A stretch of 20,771 nucleotides of DNA from positions 1 to 20,771 of the forward strand of contig DXJV01000004.1 in assembly GCA_019056785.1 (NCBI GenBank), given 5' to 3'. The DNA is from Candidatus Heimdallarchaeota archaeon (lineage in GTDB: Archaea > Asgardarchaeota > Heimdallarchaeia > JABLTI01). Positions 1-7,683 of this stretch are shown piece by piece (the stretch's first letter is position 1; each line of letters opens with the position of its first letter). The translations under genes were made by a program, and so were the position numbers. The notes beneath the pieces were generated by a model. It saw only the letters and a program-made list of their open reading frames with translations, did not search any database and was not told the origin of the DNA.

Positions 1-225
1 AACGATATTCTCACCAAGCGCGCCTTTTGCAACCGGCTTAAGACGTAGAATATCAAAGAATTTTTGCATTTCTCTGGTAGTTTGATCCACTGCAAACTGC
101 AACTGTTGGGTATAGATATCTACTTCAGTTTTCTTTTTTCTTTGTAACGAAATTTGATAAATTATATTTGCCAAGCTTATTAGTCCAATTATGGAAATTA
201 AAACATATAGAACAATGTCTGCCAT
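1..225 (-). CDS. RmuC-like membrane-anchored nuclease-family protein, 5' part only (runs off the left edge)
   Basis: Not in the ORF track; translated by hand from ATG at 225: MADIVLYVLISIIGLISLANIIYQISLQRKKKTEVDIYTQQLQFAVDQTTREMQKFFDILRLKPVAKGALGENIV. N-terminal TM helix, short helical segment, then KGALGE, which resembles the RmuC (K/R)GxxGE motif. A GGTGA RBS precedes the ATG. Confidence 0.55.
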   Translation of the reverse strand, partial: MADIVLYVLISIIGLISLANIIYQISLQRKKKTEVDIYTQQLQFAVDQTTREMQKFFDILRLKPVAKGALGENIV

Positions 226-470
226 TTAGTCACCACAACTCATTTTGAACTTAGCTCAGTTCTTGCTCCGCGATGCTAGTAGTGGTTCTTAATTCTTAAA
301 GAACGGTAATATCAATGAAAAAAGGAAAAATACAAACAAATTGGGAGGCTATTTTTTCTACAGTCAATGCCACTAAGAATTTACTCTCATTAAAGAAAAA
401 AGTAAAAGAGAAAAACTGAGTTCTAAATTATTTAAAAAAAGAAAAAACCCCATAAAAAAACCTAAGATTA

Positions 471-917
471 TCAGCGATTAGTTTCCATAACTGTTTGTGG
501 GGGAGGTGACGGTGTTGAAAAAGGAGCTTGTTCAGGAAGAGGTGGTGGGGGAATTGAACCGGTTTGTGTTGGAGATGGTGGCGGGGGTGGAATGGAAGAT
601 GGAGAATCATTTTGGAAATTTGCTTCAGAAAAACCGCTTGACGATTTCGGCGAGAGAAAACGTTTCTCATTATAAATTTTAGTGAAAATTTTTTCTAACT
701 CTTTTGCAAGCGTTTCAATAGACGCTTTCTTTTTAAGGGAATTAATTGCATTAAAGGGACCTAATAATATTAAAATGAAAGTTATTAGCTCTACAGCATA
801 CATACCCATCACAAAATATTTGTTATCAGAAAAGTCAAGAATGTTGAATAAAACCAATGAATAACAAATAGTAAGAAGCAGTAAAATACCGGAAAAAATT
901 TAAGCAGTATATTGCAT
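471..917 (-). CDS. Membrane protein with two TM segments and a C-terminal polyproline tail; start uncertain because an in-frame TAA sits at codon 6 from ATG 917
   Basis: The track ORF 471..857 extends in frame upstream as MQYTA*IFSGILLLLTICYSLVLFNIL, with TAA at 902-900. Two hydrophobic segments, a charged helix, then SIPPPPPSPTQTGSIPPPPLPEQAPFSTPSPPPQ. Confidence 0.6.
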
Positions 918-928
918 TTTCTCGGCTC

Positions 929-1741
929 TTAAACAGCAAACTTCTCGAGTTCAAAGCCCTCTTTCAGTAGTTGAGCTACCCGTTTAACAAAATCGACTGC
1001 CGGTCCCCCATCAACGATATCATGATTTATTGTTACGCTGAAATTCAAGAAGTCTTTAAATTTCACGCCAGTTTTTGTTTCTACTGGTTTTCTTACGATT
1101 GAACCGATTGTGAATTGGGTTTGGTGCATTGTTTTTGGGACTACCCATCCTGGCATTCTTTTTCCGAACATTCCGAGTGCGCTTACCCCGATTATTCCCA
1201 GGTGTTCTTTGTGTTTGAATGGGTTTTTAATAATTGTTGGCCAGATGAATTTTTTCCTGAAAAAGATAGGCAATTTTAGGAGGGATCTTTGTTTTTCTTT
1301 TATCTTTTTCTCTTCGGCTCGTTTTTCTTCCAATTTGGCTTGTACGTCTCGCAATTCTCGATGCAATTTTTCAAAGCTCTTTTTGTCTGCTTTTCTAAAG
1401 ATGTAATGTATTGGTATTCGTCTGTTATTTATCATTCGTTCTATCATGCATTTTATATCCACATCATTGAATATGACACTCTTCCATTTTTTCCAGCGAA
1501 ATGTTCTTATTTCTGGATACTCGCTTGCTGCTTTTGCCACACAGCGCATGAACCATGCCGTAAATGATAGTTGCTCTCCTGTTTTTTTCCGATAATTTTC
1601 GAATATTTGCAAACTTTTTGTTACGTCTGCGTCTGTTATTCCTGTTACGTGGTTAAAAAATTTGCTTGCGCTTATGCTCTCGACTATTATCTGCCTATTT
1701 CTCGGAAAAACGTCTACTTGATAACCGTTTTTTTTCTTCAT
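929..1741 (-). CDS. Stand-alone 2-oxoacid dehydrogenase E2-type acyltransferase catalytic domain protein (no lipoyl domain), paralog 1
   Basis: DADVT, LSFTAWFMRCVAKA, VSALGMFG, and catalytic HxxxDG in NHDIVDGGPA. ATG 1741 (MKKKNGYQV) is preferred over TTG 1789 because it aligns with the paralog's N-terminus. Confidence 0.85.
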   Translation of the reverse strand: MKKKNGYQVDVFPRNRQIIVESISASKFFNHVTGITDADVTKSLQIFENYRKKTGEQLSFTAWFMRCVAKAASEYPEIRTFRWKKWKSVIFNDVDIKCMIERMINNRRIPIHYIFRKADKKSFEKLHRELRDVQAKLEEKRAEEKKIKEKQRSLLKLPIFFRKKFIWPTIIKNPFKHKEHLGIIGVSALGMFGKRMPGWVVPKTMHQTQFTIGSIVRKPVETKTGVKFKDFLNFSVTINHDIVDGGPAVDFVKRVAQLLKEGFELEKFAV

Positions 1742-2004
1742 CTCTTTTCGTTTTCTATCTTTCCATTTTATCTTTAAAAAGCTTGACAAAAAGTCAGAAA
1801 AGTTTTCTTGGTAAGCGTCTTTTTTTATTTCTTCTTCTATCTTTGTCCAAGGTATTTCTCCATTTCAAGACCGACAAATTTTTGCTTTACTAAGAATGGC
1901 CTTTTTAAAACTATAAAATAGATAATTAATCCTTTCGAAAAAATTCTAATAGGTTGCTGTAAAAAGATTATTGCCTTTAATAACGATAACTTAGGTTAAA
2001 AAGA

Positions 2005-2802
2005 ATGAAGGATGTAAAAAGCTATAAAGTCAAAAGTTACCCTGTCTCCCGGCGAATTACTTCTGAATTATTTCATCAAGCACTTAAACACCATGTTGTT
2101 CATGGTTTGTTAGAGATTGATGTTACTACCATTCGAAAAATTATTCGTCAACGAAGATTACAAGGAGAAGAAATTTCTTTCACTGGCTATATTGTTTTTT
2201 GCCTTGCCAAAGCTCTTAAAGAGAATGAAGTTTTTAATGCCATGCGAAAAGGGAATCGCAAGGTGATCATCTTTGAGGATGTTGATGTTGCCCTTCTCAT
2301 TGAAGTTGAACAGAACTGGAAGAAGGTTCCTTTGCTTTTTATTATCCGTGCTGCTGACAAAAAATCCTTTCAAGAGATCAATGAAGAGATTCAACGAGCA
2401 AAAGAAGCAAAGAGGAATGCTGCCACGAAGCAAGACAAGCTCCTTGCCTTTTATTTTCTTCTCCCCAAATGTATTCGAAAATGGCTCATTAATTTCCAGT
2501 ATAAACACAACCCTTTTTTCCGCAAGAAAATGGGTGGCACTGCAGCTGTCTCTTCTGTTGGCATGTTTGCTGCTGGTGGTGGCTGGGGCATCCCCATCAG
2601 TTTGCAGACGACTTTTCTTTTAGTTGGTGGTGTTGAATCTAAGCCGGTAGTTCGAGAGAACAAGATTGTCATCCGTGAGATGGTGAACGTTACTTTCTCT
2701 TTTGACCATGACTTGATCGATGGTGCTATTGCCTCTCGTTTAACGGCTCGAGTCAAAACTCTTATTGAAAGCGCCTTTGGCTTGGAAAAATATCTAGAGT
2801 AA
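2005..2802 (+). CDS. Stand-alone 2-oxoacid dehydrogenase E2-type acyltransferase catalytic domain protein (no lipoyl domain), paralog 2
   Basis: EIDVT, ISFTGYIVFCLAKAL, VSSVGMF, FSFDHDLIDGA (HxxxDG); 265 aa with no lipoyl-lysine domain. Confidence 0.88.
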   Translation: MKDVKSYKVKSYPVSRRITSELFHQALKHHVVHGLLEIDVTTIRKIIRQRRLQGEEISFTGYIVFCLAKALKENEVFNAMRKGNRKVIIFEDVDVALLIEVEQNWKKVPLLFIIRAADKKSFQEINEEIQRAKEAKRNAATKQDKLLAFYFLLPKCIRKWLINFQYKHNPFFRKKMGGTAAVSSVGMFAAGGGWGIPISLQTTFLLVGGVESKPVVRENKIVIREMVNVTFSFDHDLIDGAIASRLTARVKTLIESAFGLEKYLE

Positions 2803-2847
2803 GAAGTTCTGCTCACTCCTTAAACCCTGGCGCCTGAATCTCTGTCT

Positions 2848-3522
2848 TTAATAGTCATGTGTTCGTATTAATGCTGCTTTGTTTCGATAGCCGAGTTTCT
2901 GAGCTAATTTTTCAAAGATGATTTCAATAACCGTTTTCACATCTTTGCTTGCTTCTTCTCTGAAGATTTTTAGCAACGGCTTTATTGCCGGTTCCCCTAT
3001 CTTTAAAATGGCATCTATTGCTGCCAGGTGTAAGGATTCTACGGTGTGTTTCTTCACCACGGTTATTATTTCGGTGATCATTGACTGGGACAATTCTTGA
3101 TGCTCGCTACCAATTGTCTCCACAATTTTCCCAAGTGTCTCAATGGTCTTTTCAAGCACCCCAAGGTCTGCTTCCGAGCACATGACGATTGACAGGGCCG
3201 GGATTGCTTTTTCACCCAGTTCTCCTAGCGCTTCCGCTGCGATTAACCTAACACTTTCTGACGGGTCATCTAGCATGCTATCGACTAATTTTTGTGGAAT
3301 GCTTGTCTCCGGCACTTTTTTCGCGATTTCTCCCAGTGCCTTTGCTGCATGTTCGCGCACTTTCGAGCTCTCATCATTTTTCAAGGTGTTTATCAAAGCC
3401 GGAATTGCTTTTGTTGCCTCTTCTCCGAAGTTTCCTAAGCCTATTGCTGCCCGCATTCGTACAATTTTATCATTTTCTGGATCCAATTGCTTAATGAACT
3501 CGAGAATTTTGTCGCTTGTCAA
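2848..3522 (-). CDS. HEAT (PBS-lyase-like) repeat protein
   Basis: Repeated VRxxAAxALGxxG units (VRMRAAIGLGNFG, VREHAAKALGEIA, VRLIAAEALGELG) with AIPAL linkers; TTG start. Confidence 0.88.
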   Translation of the reverse strand: MTSDKILEFIKQLDPENDKIVRMRAAIGLGNFGEEATKAIPALINTLKNDESSKVREHAAKALGEIAKKVPETSIPQKLVDSMLDDPSESVRLIAAEALGELGEKAIPALSIVMCSEADLGVLEKTIETLGKIVETIGSEHQELSQSMITEIITVVKKHTVESLHLAAIDAILKIGEPAIKPLLKIFREEASKDVKTVIEIIFEKLAQKLGYRNKAALIRTHDY

Positions 3523-3570
3523 TCTTAATCAAATTATGTTGTTCAAATAATTCATTAAAAGTCTTTCTAG

Positions 3571-4458
3571 TTAACTCAAATCCTCTAAATTCCAAATGTG
3601 TATCTTCTTGTCAGATGCTCCCACCGCCAAAAATTGACTATCCTCTGAAAAAGCTGCGGCATTTACTCCCTTTACTTTAAAGGGTAGTTTTTTGTTGAGC
3701 GCCCCTGTTTTCACGGCTCGCAATTCCACTGCATGATCATACACCACTGCCACTAGTTTTTCGTTTGGTGCAAGAATACATCGATACGAAGTTTTTGCGG
3801 GCAGTTTAATGTTTGACTCGAGGGACCAATCCTTTGTTTTCCAAATCCCCACACTATTTCCCAGTCCCGTTGCTAATACTTTCTTTCCTTTCGCAAGATG
3901 GCACAAAGAATTTATCGTTTGAAAAGGCGTTTTTATTGTCTTTTCCTTTTTCATCACCGGAATGGACCAGGAAACCATTCGTGATGATGCCTTTCCTACG
4001 AGCAAATAGGAGCTATTCTCAGCAAAAGACAGGCTTAAAATTGGCTCGCTTTTTGTTTGGACGGAAGCCAGCTCTTCCATTGTTTCCAAACACCATAACT
4101 TAATTTCGCCTGTTTTTGAGCCGGTTGCAAGTAAGGTTTCTTCTGGTGAAATTGCCATTGCAGTTATTGCGTTTTTATGTCCTTTAAGATTAAGAATTTC
4201 TTTTCGAGCTTCCAAATCCCAAAATTTGATGCTACCATCTCTCGAGGTTGAGATTAGCAATTTATCATCCTTTTTTTCAATGATTTTGCTTATACTTTTT
4301 ACATGCCCGTCAAGCTCGAATTTGTAAGCCCATGTCGCTGTATCCCATACTCGAATTGCACTGTCCATACTTGCAGAAACTAGCTGCTTATTATCATTGG
4401 TAAAGATTAAATCCGTGATAGACTGTTCATGTGCTTGTATTACAATTGGTTTTTTCAT
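3571..4458 (-). CDS. WD40-repeat beta-propeller protein (about 7 blades)
   Basis: AH...SASMDSAIRVWD, GH...STSRDGSIKFWD, GH...TGSKTGEIKLW, GASDKKIHIWN. Confidence 0.92.
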   Translation of the reverse strand: MKKPIVIQAHEQSITDLIFTNDNKQLVSASMDSAIRVWDTATWAYKFELDGHVKSISKIIEKKDDKLLISTSRDGSIKFWDLEARKEILNLKGHKNAITAMAISPEETLLATGSKTGEIKLWCLETMEELASVQTKSEPILSLSFAENSSYLLVGKASSRMVSWSIPVMKKEKTIKTPFQTINSLCHLAKGKKVLATGLGNSVGIWKTKDWSLESNIKLPAKTSYRCILAPNEKLVAVVYDHAVELRAVKTGALNKKLPFKVKGVNAAAFSEDSQFLAVGASDKKIHIWNLEDLS

Positions 4459-4627
4459 TCAAAGTCCTTCAAACTACACTCTATTTAGAACAAGTTATTT
4501 GCCAGTAATGAAGTTGTTTGTTTAATTACTTTAAAAAAACCTCTCAAAAAATATATTTTTGAAATCTTTGCCCCATGATGTTTTTTTAATTAACAGTGCG
4601 ATAAAAAAAAGCCCGGAATTTGTCGCT

Positions 4628-6097
4628 TTAACTATGTTTTACCTTCTCAGTCAAGTTTTTTGGTAAAGTTATAGTAAAAATTGTTCCCTCTCCCTCCTTA
4701 CTTTGAAAGGTGATTGTTCCTTTATGTGCATCTACGATTTTTTTAACGATCATTAAACCGAAGGAAAAGATTATCCCCGTTTCCCAGCCATTTCGTATTT
4801 GCGCCTGGGTTTCTTCTGAAATTCCTTTGCCATTATCTTTAATTTCAATTATAATATCCTCTTTCGTTTCTTTTCCGGAGATGGTAATTTCTGTTGCAGC
4901 AGAATGCGTGAGAGCATTTAGCAACAGATTTTCAAAGACCAACAAAAGTTTTTGTTTATCTGCATAGATTTCGGGTAGTTTTTTTATTTTGAACTGCACT
5001 TCAGGATTTATGATGGAGATTTTTTTAATTAGTTCCTTGAGCAGTTCCGTCAAGTTTACCGTCTTAAATTCTCCCAGGATTTCCCCCTCTTTTGCTAAGA
5101 GCAACGAGTTGTTAACGAATTGATCTATTTCTTCGATCAGCTCATCGATTTTCTCCGGATATTTAGTGTCATCCTCTAACTTTTCTTTTATTAAATTATT
5201 ATAAATGGCAATTGCTTGTAACTTCCCCTTAATGTCGTGAGCAATATTTGCTGCGAAAATCTCAAGTTCGTGTTTTTGTTTCTTTAAAAGTTGTTGCTGT
5301 TGGGTAATTTTGTGGTTTTTTTCTTGCTGTTCAGAGATATCCCGGCAAATACATTGCACGAATTTCTTTCCATGTATTTTTATTATTTGCATGGATAATT
5401 CCACCGAATGTTTTTTCTCCCTTCTTTCTCTAAGATCTAAGATTGTTTTTTGTGGCTCAGTGCTTGTAATCATTTCTTGGAATTTCTCTTTGTTCAGCAA
5501 ATCCGGGCAAATTTCCCACACTTTTTTCTTGGATAGTTCGGTTATAGAAAGGTTCATCATTTTAACGAATTCTGGGTTAGCGACATAAAAGCACCCTTCC
5601 TCATTTAATATTGTGAAACCTTCTTGACTTTCTGTGAAATGTTTCTCGAATATTTGCATCAATTCATTTTCAATTTTCAGGTTTCGAATGACATAAAACA
5701 GTAATTTTGGCTTTCTTTTGTTCTGGTCCTTTATAATATAAGGATGTATTCTCAGTAATGTTTTGGAGCCATCTTTTCTTACGAAATACCGTTCAAGTGC
5801 TAATGGTTCTTGTTCCGATTTAAAAGCATGAATTGAAAAGTCGAATTGCGCTTCGCCTTTTGGCAAATAGAGCAGGCTCTTTGCAGGTTTATTAAATAAT
5901 TTCTCCAGGGGATAATTGAGAAACGCTGCAAATTTTTCATTTGTTGCCAGTATTTTCCCAACAAGGTCTGTGACAAGTATGCCATCATTACTCTTCTTTA
6001 TGAAAATTTCATACAATTCATTAAAAGTTAGATTTTCAAATTCAAAGGGATGTGGCTGTTTTCTTTCAGGCGAATTTGCCCTTTTTTTATTTTTCAT
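4628..6097 (-). CDS. Soluble PAS-PAS sensor histidine kinase
   Basis: Two PAS/PAC-like segments (DGILVTDLVGKILATN...RKDGS; GFTILNEEG...ANPEF...CRDISE), H-box AHDIKGKL, N-box ENLLLNALTHS, G1 DNGKGI, GEGTIFTITLP; no TM helix. Confidence 0.9.
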   Translation of the reverse strand: MKNKKRANSPERKQPHPFEFENLTFNELYEIFIKKSNDGILVTDLVGKILATNEKFAAFLNYPLEKLFNKPAKSLLYLPKGEAQFDFSIHAFKSEQEPLALERYFVRKDGSKTLLRIHPYIIKDQNKRKPKLLFYVIRNLKIENELMQIFEKHFTESQEGFTILNEEGCFYVANPEFVKMMNLSITELSKKKVWEICPDLLNKEKFQEMITSTEPQKTILDLRERREKKHSVELSMQIIKIHGKKFVQCICRDISEQQEKNHKITQQQQLLKKQKHELEIFAANIAHDIKGKLQAIAIYNNLIKEKLEDDTKYPEKIDELIEEIDQFVNNSLLLAKEGEILGEFKTVNLTELLKELIKKISIINPEVQFKIKKLPEIYADKQKLLLVFENLLLNALTHSAATEITISGKETKEDIIIEIKDNGKGISEETQAQIRNGWETGIIFSFGLMIVKKIVDAHKGTITFQSKEGEGTIFTITLPKNLTEKVKHS

Positions 6098-6340
6098 TTT
6101 TCACTCCCGATTCATCTTTTCTACGGAGAAATATACCTTTTTCTATTGTTAGGTTCGTGGTCTCTCTTTTTGCCTCGAGTCGACCAGCTCTTTGAGATAA
6201 TTCTTCGGCTTATTTTAACAATATTGTTTTTCTTTTATCTTATTTAGATTTTTTGGAGATAAAAAATTTTATGTAATTACTCTTTCCCGTTCTTTTTTGA
6301 GCTCTTTTTGCTGCAAAACGAAAAGTTTATGGAAGGTAAG

Positions 6341-6359
6341 GCTCTGACCTTTTCAGAGC
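6341..6359. promoter_or_regulatory. Inverted repeat GCTCTGA-N5-TCAGAGC just downstream of a BRE/TATA-like element; candidate operator
   Basis: Perfect 7-bp arms at 6341-6347 and 6353-6359; CGAAAAGTTTAT at 6319-6330; 32 nt before the aminopeptidase ATG. Confidence 0.3.
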
Positions 6360-6391
6360 TATTTAAATTGTTATTTGATAAGTGATGACTT

Positions 6392-7504
6392 ATGTTTGGC
6401 GATTTTAACGAAAAACTTGCAAAATTGGTTGTGAAATATGCCGTTCAAATTGAACCGGGAGATTTAGTGACCATTCGCGGCGGTGCAAATGCTGAAGAGC
6501 TTATTCGTGAGATTTACCGTGAAACGATTATTGCTGGGGGCAATGTTGTAAGATTGGATGTTGGTTTACCTGGCTTTCAGGAAATCTTCTTTAAATATGC
6601 TTCTGATAAGCAACTAACGTATATTGATCCTTCGCAAATGGACCTTGTTAAACGGCTGACTAAAGCAATTACTATTTATTCTTCATTCAATACCCGGGCG
6701 TTAACTAACATTGACCCTCAAAAGATTACCAAACAACGAGCTGCAACAAAAAAGGTAAGTGAAATCTTTTTCCAGCGTGCTGCTACAGGTGAATTGAAGT
6801 GGACTCTTTGTCCCTATCCCTGTCTTTCCCTTGCACAAGAAGCAGCAATGGGGATTAATGAATATCGCGAATTTGTTTATAAAGCGTTGGCGTTGGATAA
6901 AAAAGACCCTGTGAAACACTGGCAAAAAGTCGAAGCTGAACAAGAGAAGATCATTAAGATCCTCAACAAAGGAAAAGAATTCCACATTCTCGGCGAAGAT
7001 ACTGACTTAACCCTTGGCATCGAAGGTCGGACTTGGATAAACTGTGCCGGGCATGAAAACTTGCCGGATGGTGAGGTCTTTACTGCGCCTATAGAAACAG
7101 CTGTAAATGGTACCATTCGTTTCACTTTTCCTGGAATTTATATGGGTCAAGAAATTGAAAATATTTGGCTGAAATTTAAAGATGGCCAAGTAGTCGATTT
7201 TGATGCATCCAAAGGGAAGAACCTTTTGGAAAAAGTTCTCAACTTAGAGAATGCTAACATCCTTGGTGAGCTTGCTGTTGGTACGAACTATGGCATCCAG
7301 CGTTTTACTAAGAATATGCTTTTCGATGAGAAAATGGGTGGTACAGTCCACCTGGCCTTAGGCATGGGCTACCCTGAATCTGGCTCTAAAAACCAATCGC
7401 CAATTCACTGGGATATTTTGAAAGACATGAAAGTTAAAGGCTCGAAAATCTTTCTTGATGGTGAGCTCATCTATCAAGAAGGGAAATGGAAAATTGGGAA
7501 ATAA
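6392..7504 (+). CDS. Aminopeptidase, peptidase M29 family (AmpS/AmpT, thermophilic metalloprotease)
   Basis: NLPDGEVFTAP, GELAVG, LFDEKMGGTVHLALG and IHWD metal-binding motifs; 370 aa. Confidence 0.93.
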   Translation: MFGDFNEKLAKLVVKYAVQIEPGDLVTIRGGANAEELIREIYRETIIAGGNVVRLDVGLPGFQEIFFKYASDKQLTYIDPSQMDLVKRLTKAITIYSSFNTRALTNIDPQKITKQRAATKKVSEIFFQRAATGELKWTLCPYPCLSLAQEAAMGINEYREFVYKALALDKKDPVKHWQKVEAEQEKIIKILNKGKEFHILGEDTDLTLGIEGRTWINCAGHENLPDGEVFTAPIETAVNGTIRFTFPGIYMGQEIENIWLKFKDGQVVDFDASKGKNLLEKVLNLENANILGELAVGTNYGIQRFTKNMLFDEKMGGTVHLALGMGYPESGSKNQSPIHWDILKDMKVKGSKIFLDGELIYQEGKWKIGK

Positions 7505-7550
7505 TTTCTTTTTTTCTCCCTCTTTTTCTCTCAATTTTTTCTCATTTTTC
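7505..7550 (+). terminator. Archaeal oligo-T/pyrimidine terminator tract
   Basis: Almost pure T/C run with several T5-T7 tracts immediately after the TAA of the aminopeptidase. Confidence 0.55.
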
Positions 7551-7683
7551 TAATGGTATTTACAAAGTGTCAGCTTTTCCACCCTTTTTTGTTACAAAGA
7601 CCGATCAAACTGTCAATTTTTTGGCAATAAGATTTAAATAGTTTTTTCGTTTCTTTATTCGAAAAAGGTGTTTCCTATGACAG

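Noticed and set aside
428-864. Track ORFs 428..670 (-), 497..682 (+) and 682..864 (+)
   Set aside because: Alternative-frame or antisense shadows of the proline-rich membrane protein gene; no motifs.
3523-3573. Readthrough fusion of WD40 and HEAT genes, which are in the same frame
   Set aside because: Besides the TAA, a second in-frame stop (TGA) lies in the 48-nt spacer.
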